A DNA stretch of 64,000 bases from Ignavibacteria bacterium (GCA_049516635.1 JBEKSX010000001.1:1671-65670); one strand, 5' to 3'; shown: positions 19,840 through 29,337, counted from the stretch's first letter. The notes: generated by a model from the sequence alone, not told the origin. Numbers and translations: made by a program.

Positions 19840-21747
19840 TTATTCAGTGCTGATTATTTGTTTATCGATAAATCTTTTACTTTTCTTTTCTCTAATTATA
19901 TTTTCCTTCTTTAATTCGGAATCTATCTCATCTTCGATAGATACTTGTATATCAAATATTTTCCTGTAAAAGCCGTGGTTCATGATAAGTTCCTCATGCG
20001 TTCCGGACTCTTCGACCGTACCTTTATCAAGAACTATGATCCTGTCGCAGTCCTGTATGGACGTAATCCTGTGTGCAATGATGAAGGTTGTCTTACCTTT
20101 CAGGATACGCCTGAGAGCACGCTGTATAGCATATTCCGTTTCGGAATCCACTGATGAAGTGGAATCATCCAGAACAAGAATATCCGGGTTTTTCAGAAGA
20201 GTCCTTGCAAGGGTTACACGCTGTTTTTGACCTCCTGAAAGAGTCACACCTTTTTCGCCCACGACTGTATCATATGAATCCGGAAAAGCTTCCTCAATGA
20301 TGCCGTGTATGTTAGCTATCTTTGCCGATTCTATTACTTCTTCTATGTGCGTATCCGGTTTTACATATGCGATATTATCCTTTATTGTAGTAGAGAAGAG
20401 GAACGGTCTCTGCAGCACAACACCGAACCTGCTCCTCAGGTACTCTTTCGAATATTCACTTATATTCCTGCCGTCTATCCTGATGGTTCCTGAATCCGGT
20501 TCATAGAATCTCATCAAGAGCGAGATGATGGTAGATTTACCGCAGCCCGTAGGACCCAGAAGTGCTATCTTCTCACCCTGCTTCACCGAGAAGCTGATAT
20601 TATTCAATACATTGTCTTTTGAATTCTTATCATATTTAAAACTGACGTTCTCGAACAGTATCTCACCTTTCAGCTTCTTGTAATCGTTGTAGCTGCCCGA
20701 ATAATTTTCTTCCGGGTAATTCAAAATGGAATAGACTCTCTGTATTGCAACAGAAGTCATTCCCATTTCACTTACAAGTTGAGGTACTCTTCTCATAGGC
20801 CAGGTTACCATCATTGCATAAGAATAGAATGCAATATACTCACCCGCGGAAATAACACCGGTCAATGCAAAGTAGCCTCCAATAAATACGGATATGGTTA
20901 TCTGCAGGTGAACGATAAAATCCGATGAAGGCCAGAATATCCTGTGGAGGTTAGCCAACTTTATTCCCCAGTCGCGAGCTTCCCTGTTCTGTCTGGTGAA
21001 CTTATTAATCTCGTATTCCTCTTTAGCAAAAGCTTTCACCACTCTAATACCTGATAGATTTTCCTGAACGATAGAAGTTAATCTATCTTGCCTCTTCTCG
21101 TGCTCGGTCCATACTTTGCTTTCCTTTCTGAAGAAGTACATAGAACCGATCGAAACAATTGGCAGTGAGGTTATCGCTATTAACGCATAGGTAAGGTTAA
21201 TGCTTAGCATCATGAAGAACGAACCGAAGAATACAGCGGTCATCCTCACAATTTCTACAACCTGGATCGACGAGAATTTCCGTATTGTTTCCACATCGCC
21301 TGTACATCGCTGTACCAGTTCACCTGTCGGTGTCCTGCTGAAATACTCCAGCGGTAAATGCTGTATATGTGTGAAAAGATTATCCTTCAGCTTTTTAACA
21401 GCCTTTTCTGTAGATGAGGCACTTATAGCACTGGCAGCAAACATAAAAGCCGCCCTGGACAGCGATATAACGAGAAATAATAAGCCCAGGCTAACCAATA
21501 CTACACGCAAGTTATCCGGCTTCATTTCCGGCAGGAATGAGTACAGCATTCTTGTGACAAAGTCATCAGCCGTGACCTTTTCTGTTCCATTGCTGAGAAA
21601 GAAGACTATTACTTTATCAACGGCTATTTGCAGTACTCTCGGCTCAAGCATCCTTATGATTATCGAAATAATGAGAAATATGCCCGAAGTCAGGTAGAAA
21701 TACTTCCACCTGTCCAGAATTTCAAACAATTTTGTAAGACTTTTCAA
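19840..21747 (-). CDS. ABC exporter half-transporter (TMD-NBD), degenerate-site subunit
   Basis: 635 aa. Walker A is GPTGCGKST, the signature is LSGGQKQR, and Walker B is ILVLDDSTSSVD (D-D, catalytic Glu replaced). TTG start is preceded by aaggag. Confidence 0.9.
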   Translation of the reverse strand: MKSLTKLFEILDRWKYFYLTSGIFLIISIIIRMLEPRVLQIAVDKVIVFFLSNGTEKVTADDFVTRMLYSFLPEMKPDNLRVVLVSLGLLFLVISLSRAAFMFAASAISASSTEKAVKKLKDNLFTHIQHLPLEYFSRTPTGELVQRCTGDVETIRKFSSIQVVEIVRMTAVFFGSFFMMLSINLTYALIAITSLPIVSIGSMYFFRKESKVWTEHEKRQDRLTSIVQENLSGIRVVKAFAKEEYEINKFTRQNREARDWGIKLANLHRIFWPSSDFIVHLQITISVFIGGYFALTGVISAGEYIAFYSYAMMVTWPMRRVPQLVSEMGMTSVAIQRVYSILNYPEENYSGSYNDYKKLKGEILFENVSFKYDKNSKDNVLNNISFSVKQGEKIALLGPTGCGKSTIISLLMRFYEPDSGTIRIDGRNISEYSKEYLRSRFGVVLQRPFLFSTTIKDNIAYVKPDTHIEEVIESAKIANIHGIIEEAFPDSYDTVVGEKGVTLSGGQKQRVTLARTLLKNPDILVLDDSTSSVDSETEYAIQRALRRILKGKTTFIIAHRITSIQDCDRIIVLDKGTVEESGTHEELIMNHGFYRKIFDIQVSIEDEIDSELKKENIIREKKSKRFIDKQIISTE

Positions 21748-21802
21748 TTATTTCTCCTTTTTTTATCCTTATCTCCCATTACGATCGGGGAAATGTATAG
21801 GG

Positions 21803-21844
21803 GTTAAAAAAAAACCGCAGACTTATTTTATTTGTCCGCGGTTT
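21803..21844 (-). terminator. Rho-independent terminator or attenuator hairpin about 60 nt upstream of the ABC operon
   Basis: On the minus strand, aaaccgcggac-aaataaaataa-gtctgcggttt (one mismatch) is followed by a run of about 9 T. Confidence 0.65.
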
Positions 21845-22313
21845 AAAACTCTTTTTATTATGGGTATGATTATTCTGTACTCCTCCATTTAAACCACGGA
21901 CATACTGCACCCATAGGTGTAATGCAATTGACTGAGTCAAACTTAATATGTAAATAGGTAATTGCCATTTTAGTTAATGATACACCTAAGTTTTATTTAA
22001 GTTAGTAAAACGTGGTTCATTTAACACACAAAGTTATGGAAAAAAACCGAAAGTGTCAAGAGGAAGAGAAAAATTCTATATAATATAATAAAATTTCTAT
22101 CATATTAGTATCTTAGTTCATTATTTATTAATAAAAATTGAATGGAAGAATTCCATATGAAATTCATCCTGCGTTGATATGACCTTACCGATCCTAGATA
22201 CACAGATTACTTGTACTTGGCATTTCTATCTGGATCCCCTCTTGCCTCTCTCTGCAGATCAACGAGTCGAATCGTCGACAGGCAGGCAGGAATAACAAAC
22301 AGTGTTGAACCGC

Positions 22314-23108
22314 CTATGCAGTCATTTCGACTGTTAGGACTGTGACAGCTTTGCCGGTTAGATATACACGGTCTCCTTGTACTCTTACGCCCAACGTTCC
22401 GCCTCGTTTTGATGCCTGGTAAGCCTTGAAAATATTCTTATTCAGCTTCTTCATCCAGTACGGACCCAGTACGCAATGCGCAGAACCTGTTACCGGGTCT
22501 TCATTAACTCCCATTGACGGAGCAAAAAATCTTGAGATGAAATCATATCCCGGCATATCAGCTTTTGCCGTCACAAGCACTTCACCGCTGAAAGGAAGCG
22601 TTCTCATCGTTTCAATATCAGGTTTAAGCGAACGGATTTCTTCTGCGTTCTTCAATTCTGCAATATAGATCCATTTCGATTTTCCTGTATAGACAGGTTT
22701 TGTTCCAATAGCTTTTTCAAGATCAGGGAATATAGAAATCTCTTCTGTATCCATTGCAGGAAAATTAAGCTCAATCTCTTCATCTTTAAATCGAGCGGTC
22801 AGCAGCCCGCTTTTAGTATGAAAATGTATTATGTCTTCTACTTTAACAATTCCTTGTTCCCGCAAAAGATGTGCACTCGCTAAGGTGGCATGTCCGCAGA
22901 GGTTTATCTCCGCAACGGGTGTAAACCACCGGAGCAGAAAATCTTTACCCGATCTCACAATAAAAGCGGTTTCCGACAGATTCATTTTAAATGCAATGTT
23001 CTGCATCTGCTTATCGTTGAGCTCTTTTTCGAGTATGCATACACCGGCGGGATTTCCGGAAAACGGCTTATCGGTAAATGCATCGACTGTATGAATTGGT
23101 ATTAACAT
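22314..23108 (-). CDS. PhzF-family isomerase-like protein
   Basis: 264 aa. The N-terminus IHTVDAFTDKPFSGNPAGVC, LSETAF, and the internal and C-terminal halves are typical of the PhzF/YddE family. Confidence 0.85.
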   Translation of the reverse strand: MLIPIHTVDAFTDKPFSGNPAGVCILEKELNDKQMQNIAFKMNLSETAFIVRSGKDFLLRWFTPVAEINLCGHATLASAHLLREQGIVKVEDIIHFHTKSGLLTARFKDEEIELNFPAMDTEEISIFPDLEKAIGTKPVYTGKSKWIYIAELKNAEEIRSLKPDIETMRTLPFSGEVLVTAKADMPGYDFISRFFAPSMGVNEDPVTGSAHCVLGPYWMKKLNKNIFKAYQASKRGGTLGVRVQGDRVYLTGKAVTVLTVEMTA

Positions 23109-23180
23109 AGAAATTATATTATTTTTATGTTTTTAAGTCTATGATGTGCAAGAGAAAAATCTTTATAACAAAACCCGGGG

Positions 23181-23212
23181 TAAAATAAAAAACCCCGCTT
23201 CTGAGCGGGGTT
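23181..23212 (-). terminator. Rho-independent terminator of the 23242-24156 gene
   Basis: aaccccgc-tcagaa-gcggggtt on the minus strand, followed by a T-rich run. Confidence 0.8.
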
Positions 23213-23241
23213 AATTTAAAATCGAATTATTAAAACAGCAA

Positions 23242-24156
23242 TTACTTTGCTAATACCATTTTTTTTACTTCAGTCTTCTCTGTTGTTTTTAACCTGTAGA
23301 AGTAGATTCCGCTTGGTAGATTCGATGCATTGAACTTTATCGAATGTTCTCCTTCATTTTGCTGTCCGTCTACCAAAACGGAAACTTCTCTGCCCAGCCT
23401 GTCATATATAGTTATTTTAACATAGGTAGAGTTTTTAAGTACATAGCTAATATTGGTTTCGGGATTGAAGGGGTTCGGATAGTTCTTCAGGTTAAAGTAA
23501 GATTCCGTAGAATTATCCTGGCTGTTTGCTGTTTCCTGTTTTACTTCTTTATTAGGTCTCTCGGAAATCAGGGCAATCCCCGTTTCGATCTTAGCTGTTT
23601 TGAAATCTTTTCCAGTCTGGTAGGAAATCTGAATGCCCATCGCTTCGTTTTCAAGAATAGAGAAATCTTCTCCAGCTAATTTCGATATGACCTTAAATTC
23701 GTTCTCGTTGATATTGATATGTATCTCTTTCCAGCCTGAGAAATTGAGGGAAATAGGTTTTGACTCGAGCCTGGTATCGAAATTCTCGTCATATCTCCCG
23801 TCATTATTCCTATCAAAAAGGATCTGGACGGTTGCGTTCATGTCTAAACTTACACCCTGAAGCATTAATGTTAGAATATTATCCTCGGTCACCTGTATTT
23901 TTTGTTCTTTCCTGATGAGGCCTACAAAGGAATTCGCTCCCGTTACAGCATCGGTAGCTAAAATCTCAGCATATCCATTCTCAAGATTATCATTTTCATG
24001 AGAATATTTCATAGTGAGATTTCCGCCCCAATACCAACCCGGAAGCTTATGGTCTCCGAAACTATCGATTACGTTATTAGTTTGTGAATATGCACTGGAA
24101 AGGCAAAAACACAAGGTAAGCAAGATTGCGCAAAGTCCACCAATGATTTTCTTCAC
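23242..24156 (-). CDS. Secreted hypothetical protein with T9SS C-terminal sorting domain
   Basis: 304 aa. A signal peptide is followed by ~190 aa of unknown function (beta-rich by composition), a Q/N/S/E linker, and then NYPNPFNPETNISY...GIYFYRL...KKMVLAK. Confidence 0.7.
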   Translation of the reverse strand: MKKIIGGLCAILLTLCFCLSSAYSQTNNVIDSFGDHKLPGWYWGGNLTMKYSHENDNLENGYAEILATDAVTGANSFVGLIRKEQKIQVTEDNILTLMLQGVSLDMNATVQILFDRNNDGRYDENFDTRLESKPISLNFSGWKEIHININENEFKVISKLAGEDFSILENEAMGIQISYQTGKDFKTAKIETGIALISERPNKEVKQETANSQDNSTESYFNLKNYPNPFNPETNISYVLKNSTYVKITIYDRLGREVSVLVDGQQNEGEHSIKFNASNLPSGIYFYRLKTTEKTEVKKMVLAK

Positions 24157-24197
24157 TCTTAAATTTACCTCCTTTAATATTTAGAATATGAGTCAGA

Positions 24198-24566
24198 CTA
24201 CTTAACAAGGGTCATCCGTTTTACGGATGAATAGTCTCCCTGCTGCAGTCTGTAGAGGTAAATCCCTGCGGGAAGGTTAGTAGCATCGAACGAGTATTCA
24301 TAGTCCCCGGCTATTTGATACTCATCTATAACTACCTGCACCACCTGTCCGACTAGATTGTAAACCGTTAATTTTACTGCTCCGTCGGTTTTCAGAGTAT
24401 ATGAAAGTATAGTGGATGGATTGAAAGGATTCGGATAATTCTGATTTAAAACAAACTTATCCGGGTTACCCTTCATATCATCAAGATGTTTTTTAGTAAA
24501 GGCGCTTGAATTAAACGTACCTAAAATAAAAAACAAACTTAATAAGTAAACATATACTTTATACAT
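24198..24566 (-). CDS. Mini-protein: signal peptide plus ~20-aa linker plus T9SS C-terminal sorting domain only
   Basis: 122 aa. MYKVYVYLLSLFFILGTFNSSAF, then TKKHLDDMKGNPDKFVLNQ, then NYPNPFNPSTILSY...GIYLYRL...VKRMTLVK. No passenger domain is present. Confidence 0.65.
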   Translation of the reverse strand: MYKVYVYLLSLFFILGTFNSSAFTKKHLDDMKGNPDKFVLNQNYPNPFNPSTILSYTLKTDGAVKLTVYNLVGQVVQVVIDEYQIAGDYEYSFDATNLPAGIYLYRLQQGDYSSVKRMTLVK

Positions 24567-24654
24567 TACCTCTTATTTAATTAACCGAAACTACGCAAAA
24601 AAGATGAAATTGTCAAGATATTATTCTTGAACGGAGGTATTAAAAACCTTCAAT

Positions 24655-24690
24655 AATAAGCGGGAAATGGCATTTTTGCCATTTCCCCTA
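24655..24690 (-). terminator. Rho-independent terminator of htrA
   Basis: Perfect 10-bp stem gggaaatggc / gccatttccc with a 6-nt loop, immediately downstream of the htrA stop (minus strand). Confidence 0.75.
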
Positions 24691-24702
24691 AAATTATTTC
24701 CA

Positions 24703-26220
24703 TTACTGTATCTCAACAGCTACAATTCTCTCCTGTTTATCGGGAGTAACGATTCTCATTAGTATAGAATCACCTTCCTTTTTCCCATTAACTATTTCAG
24801 CTAAGTCATCTACGTTACTAATTTTCTTTTTGTCAGCTTCAGTGATTACATAATTCTCTCTTATACCTCTCATGAAAGCTTCAGAGAAATTATCAACGGA
24901 GGTGACCAGTATACCATTCTTTACATCATATTTATCTTTTATCGTATTATCGATATTCGTCACCTGCATACCCAGCGGTTTTATAACTTTGGATGAAAGA
25001 GAACCTTCGTTCTTCTGTTCACTTTGATTTTCATTCATTGCCTGATTTTCATTTTCATCTGTACGGGGTTTCAAAGTAACTTCTTTATCAATATTCTTAC
25101 CGTCCCTGAAGAGAGTGAGTTTAACAACTTCACCCGGGTGCTTGCTTCCGATCAAAGCCTGCAATTCATTTGCTGCATCTACAGTTTTTCCATCTACTGA
25201 TAATATGACATCACCTACTTTGATACCTGCTTCTTCACCGGCTCCTCCTTTTACAACTCCCTGTACCAGGACACCTTCTGCTTTGCTCAATCCGAGTCCT
25301 TTAGCCATTGTTTCATCTATGGATTGGATGTTCACACCGATATAGCCCCTAATCACTTTACCGTTCTTTATTAATTCGGGGACTACGTTCTTTACCAAAT
25401 TAACCGGAATTGCAAATCCATAACCCTGGTAATAACCGGTATTTGTTTTAATTGCCGAATTGATTCCGACCAGCTGACCGTTCATATCAACCAAGGCACC
25501 TCCGCTGTTGCCCGGATTAATCGCAGCGTCGGTTTGTATGAAATCCTCAATACCGTATCCTTTTGCGTCAGCATTTATGCCGATATTCCTACCCTTTGCA
25601 CTAACAATACCGGCTGTAACCGTTGAATTTAATCCGAGCGGATTCCCGATCGCCAGCACCCATTCACCTACCTGCACATTATCCGAATTTCCAAAAGACA
25701 TAACCGGCAGATCATTAGCATCGATCTTTATCACTGCGATATCTGTGTTAGGATCTGTTCCAATCAACTTTGCGTTGAACTCACGCTTATCAGTAAGAGT
25801 GACCTTTATCCCATTCTTGCCGGCATCCCTGACAACATGGTTATTTGTAACAATGTAACCATCCTTTGAAATGATCACACCTGAACCGCTACCAACTTCC
25901 GGCATTTGATCGGGCATTTTGAAATCAGGACCGAAGAAAAAATGGAACGGGTTGTTCTCATCACCCTGTTGATTATTTTTAGGTTCTGTTTTCACAACAA
26001 TACTGACAACAGTAGGTGTGACTACCTTGCTAACTTCAATAAAAGCATCATTAAGGGCTTTTATTTCAGGATTAGGTTTTACGGGCGGAGTTGTGTTAAA
26101 ATCTATCGGTGAATCCGAGAATAATACTTTTGCTCCGCTGAAGTTCGCAATTAAAGCTGCACCGAAAATTAATGCGAATAATACCACTAATCCCGCTGCT
26201 ATTATTGATTTTCTTGACAT
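24703..26220 (-). CDS. htrA: HtrA/DegP/DegQ-family periplasmic serine endoprotease with two PDZ domains
   Basis: 505 aa with an N-terminal anchor or signal. The triad context is TNNHVV, DIAVIKI and NPGNSGGALV, followed by two PDZ-like segments. Confidence 0.9.
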   Translation of the reverse strand: MSRKSIIAAGLVVLFALIFGAALIANFSGAKVLFSDSPIDFNTTPPVKPNPEIKALNDAFIEVSKVVTPTVVSIVVKTEPKNNQQGDENNPFHFFFGPDFKMPDQMPEVGSGSGVIISKDGYIVTNNHVVRDAGKNGIKVTLTDKREFNAKLIGTDPNTDIAVIKIDANDLPVMSFGNSDNVQVGEWVLAIGNPLGLNSTVTAGIVSAKGRNIGINADAKGYGIEDFIQTDAAINPGNSGGALVDMNGQLVGINSAIKTNTGYYQGYGFAIPVNLVKNVVPELIKNGKVIRGYIGVNIQSIDETMAKGLGLSKAEGVLVQGVVKGGAGEEAGIKVGDVILSVDGKTVDAANELQALIGSKHPGEVVKLTLFRDGKNIDKEVTLKPRTDENENQAMNENQSEQKNEGSLSSKVIKPLGMQVTNIDNTIKDKYDVKNGILVTSVDNFSEAFMRGIRENYVITEADKKKISNVDDLAEIVNGKKEGDSILMRIVTPDKQERIVAVEIQ

Positions 26221-26284
26221 TTATTTATCTCCTTTGATTAAATAATAACTTATTTCAGTAAATATCAGAATGTACGCCTTTATA

Positions 26285-27073
26285 CTATAAATCCGTCTCC
26301 TTCGTGTTAAATACTCTTTTTGTTTTTGAAAAATTTATGCTGTCAAAATGCTCTTCAAAATATTTTTCAAAGAAATTATCCAGAGCTTTCACAGATGGCT
26401 TTAAAATATTAAATCGTGTAATCTCCTCAAAGTTCCCGTTTTTAAGAACATCAAATATTGATTCGCCGGGTATGTTTGAAGCAGGTTTATCCATTACTTT
26501 CTGGTTATCAAACCCGTGCCCATCGTCCCGTTCGTGTTTATAATTATATAAATTATGGAATTTACTATCAATAGATTTATTAATATTACCTTTATCTAGT
26601 ACTTTCATTGCATTTTTATCCACCTCGAAACCGAGGATTTTAGCTAACTTAAACTCATAAATAAATAACACATTAACATAATTTTTAGTTGCGTTATCAA
26701 GATGCTTGAGAGCCTGAGTAATAAGGTTAAATAAAGTTTTATTTTCCTGATTTTCCATAGTTGCTTTATTTACCAGTTCAATAATTCTGAAGCCCAACTC
26801 GACTTTTCTGTCATTATCATGTATCCTTCTAAAAGAATTAATATATTCAGCACCCGAGAGTAAATGCAAAGTTCTGTTTTCCTTAAAATACAGCATGGCT
26901 TCGATGTATGCCATTGACTGGAGAACCCCTCCCCAACGTGTCTTAGTATTTCTGACTCCTTTTGCAATAGTTCTTAATTTACCATGCGTTTGGGTGTACA
27001 GTGTTACTACCTTGCTGGACTCGCGGTAATTATCCGATTTCAGAACTACGGCAGGTGTTTTGATTATAGGCAT
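26285..27073 (-). CDS. recO: DNA repair protein RecO
   Basis: The RecO N-terminal OB-fold pattern is MPIIKTPAVVLKSDNYRESSKVVTLYT..GKL..IAKG. I chose the internal ATG at 27073 because the track start at 27136 adds 21 non-conserved aa and overlaps mtnA. Confidence 0.8.
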   Translation of the reverse strand: MPIIKTPAVVLKSDNYRESSKVVTLYTQTHGKLRTIAKGVRNTKTRWGGVLQSMAYIEAMLYFKENRTLHLLSGAEYINSFRRIHDNDRKVELGFRIIELVNKATMENQENKTLFNLITQALKHLDNATKNYVNVLFIYEFKLAKILGFEVDKNAMKVLDKGNINKSIDSKFHNLYNYKHERDDGHGFDNQKVMDKPASNIPGESIFDVLKNGNFEEITRFNILKPSVKALDNFFEKYFEEHFDSINFSKTKRVFNTKETDL

Positions 27074-27086
27074 ATTCTTAAGTCTT

Positions 27087-28178
27087 TTACTTTTCCTCCT
27101 TGTTAAAATCATCTGCATGAGAAACAGACTGTACATAAGCCCGGAACAGATGTTTTATCCCTTTGAAATTATACGGGGGATAATGGACTTTGTATTCGGT
27201 CACTATAGCAGTAACCAGCTCATTTGGAACCAAATCAAAAGCTGGATTCAGTACAGGTGCATTTTCTTCAGTAATCATGTATCCGTTTATCGTTCTCACT
27301 TCATCGGGATCACGTTCTTCAATAATAATTTCTTCACCCGAGTTTATATCAAAATCTATAGTAGTGCTCGGTGCTGCAACATAAAAAGGAACATTATGGA
27401 ATTTACAGTTGACTGCAAGCGAATAGCTTCCGACTTTATTAACCACATCACCGTTGGATGCTATCCGGTCTGCACCTATTATCACACAATCCACCAGACC
27501 TTCTTTCATAAGATTCGCAGCCATAGAATCGACGATAAGCTCATAATCCACGGCATTCTGTTCCAGCTCGTATGCCGTGAGGCGTGAGCCCTGTAAAAGC
27601 GGTCTTGTTTCATCTGCATAAACGAATATTTTCTTAGCCTGCTTTATAGCGGTCGTGATTATACCCAATGCCGTACCTATACCGCCTGCCGCCAGCTCAC
27701 CGGTGTTGCAATGTGTAAGAATATTCATGGATTCACCTATCAGGTCGGAACCGTTCACACCTATACGCCTGCAAAGTTCGATATCTTCGTTATATATTGC
27801 ATCGGCTTCATCGAGTATTATGGATTCTATCTCGTCTATTGCCCTTTCACGGTTCAGTTCATAAGCATTCTGTAATCTATCCAGAGCATAAAACAAATTC
27901 TTCGCAGTGGGTCTTGATTTTCGGAAATCCTCAAGCAGTTCATAAAAAAAATTTTCCTGCTGTTTTTTACTCTCGAATTTAGCGTTAGATATACCAAGTA
28001 CTATACCATAAGCAGCTGCTATGCCTATCAGCGGCGCTCCCCTTATTTTTAACTGTACGATAGCCGACAGGATGTCTTTGTAGTTCCTCGTTTTGATATA
28101 CTTTTCTTTCTGGGGCAGTAAAGATTGGTCGAGAAAGATAATTTCGTTTTTATCAGTATATTCTAATTTGTTGATCAT
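27087..28178 (-). CDS. mtnA: S-methyl-5-thioribose-1-phosphate isomerase (eIF-2B alpha/beta/delta-like family)
   Basis: 363 aa. It has the N-terminal FLDQSLLP, then LKIRGAPLIGIAAAYG, THCNTG, and GADRIASNGDVVNKVG. Confidence 0.85.
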   Translation of the reverse strand: MINKLEYTDKNEIIFLDQSLLPQKEKYIKTRNYKDILSAIVQLKIRGAPLIGIAAAYGIVLGISNAKFESKKQQENFFYELLEDFRKSRPTAKNLFYALDRLQNAYELNRERAIDEIESIILDEADAIYNEDIELCRRIGVNGSDLIGESMNILTHCNTGELAAGGIGTALGIITTAIKQAKKIFVYADETRPLLQGSRLTAYELEQNAVDYELIVDSMAANLMKEGLVDCVIIGADRIASNGDVVNKVGSYSLAVNCKFHNVPFYVAAPSTTIDFDINSGEEIIIEERDPDEVRTINGYMITEENAPVLNPAFDLVPNELVTAIVTEYKVHYPPYNFKGIKHLFRAYVQSVSHADDFNKEEK

Positions 28179-28232
28179 TTATATCGTATTAACTGAAATA
28201 AAACGAATTTTATAGTAATCTGCCTACCGGTA

Positions 28233-29147
28233 TCAAATAGATGTGAATTCTGATAATCTTTTAAATTCGTTGAACCTGTCTTTGATCTCGAATGTTGATA
28301 GGTCTCTCATACGATCCAGCGAAAAACTTTCTACCGCAAATGAAGCTATGGTGCTGCCGTAAATTACCGCACGTTTCATGTTTTCATATGAAAGATCCTC
28401 GGTCCTGGCAAGGTGACCGATAAAGCCTCCTGCAAAGCTGTCACCTGCCCCGGTCGGGTCATATATCGCTTCCAGAGGGTATGCAGGAGCGATGAACAGA
28501 TCATCGTGGTAGAACAGAAGTGCTCCATGCTCACCTTTTTTTATTATAAGTATCCTGGGTCCGAATGACTCTATCACTTTTGCTGCTCTAATAAGATTTG
28601 CCTCATGTGACATCTCCCTTGCTTCGGAATCATTTATTATCAGAACATCTACATACTTCAACACATCCAGAAGTTCATTAAGCATGCCCCCTATCCAGAA
28701 ATTCATCGTATCGGCAACAACCAGCTTCGGTTTTTCAACCTGAAGAAGGACCTTTTTTTGCAGTACGGGATTGATATTACCCAGGCAAACATAGGTACTC
28801 TTCTTGAAAGGATCCGGAACAACAGGATCAAAGTTGGCAAAGGCATTTAATTCCGTTGTTATGCTGTCTCTTGTGTTAAGATCAAAGCTGTATTTACCAT
28901 GCCAGTGGAAAGTTTTCTCATCTTCCTTTATTTGCAGGCCTTCAAGATCAATTTCCTTTTCCCTCAAAAAATCCAGTTCCTTTTTAGGAAAATCATACCC
29001 TACCACTCCCACAAGCCTGACCGGTTGTATGAAATAACTGGCAGCAACCGAAATAAACGTAGCAGAACCGCCGAGAGTCCTTTCAGCTTTTCCAAACGGG
29101 GTTTCTATAGTATCAAGCGCTAATGAACCAACAACGAGTAAAGACAT
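28233..29147 (-). CDS. PfkB/ribokinase-family sugar or nucleoside kinase
   Basis: 304 aa. It has an N-terminal GSLALD motif and the C-terminal PfkB signature DPTGAGDSFAGGF. The substrate is not assignable. Confidence 0.8.
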   Translation of the reverse strand: MSLLVVGSLALDTIETPFGKAERTLGGSATFISVAASYFIQPVRLVGVVGYDFPKKELDFLREKEIDLEGLQIKEDEKTFHWHGKYSFDLNTRDSITTELNAFANFDPVVPDPFKKSTYVCLGNINPVLQKKVLLQVEKPKLVVADTMNFWIGGMLNELLDVLKYVDVLIINDSEAREMSHEANLIRAAKVIESFGPRILIIKKGEHGALLFYHDDLFIAPAYPLEAIYDPTGAGDSFAGGFIGHLARTEDLSYENMKRAVIYGSTIASFAVESFSLDRMRDLSTFEIKDRFNEFKRLSEFTSI

Positions 29148-29337
29148 ATGATATTATTTGGATAAAGGATATAAAAAAATTTCTAATTAAGCAAATTACA
29201 AAACACATAAACAAAATAAAAGGTAAGGCAGTAAGGTTGATATGTGATAAGAACTACAAGCTAAAATAAGTATATATCTTTTAAAAGAAAGCCTCGGGGA
29301 ATAAGTACCTTTGAAGTCCCGGTAGAAATTGAATTTC

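Noticed and set aside
26285-27136. Track-predicted 283-aa RecO starting at 27136
   Set aside because: The first 21 residues (MYSLFLMQMILTRRKSKRLKN) are non-RecO-like and overlap the mtnA 3' end. The conserved RecO N-terminus begins at the ATG at 27073, so the shorter model was adopted.
27060-27587. 175-aa plus-strand ORF
   Set aside because: It is antisense to the well-supported mtnA and recO genes and has no recognisable features.
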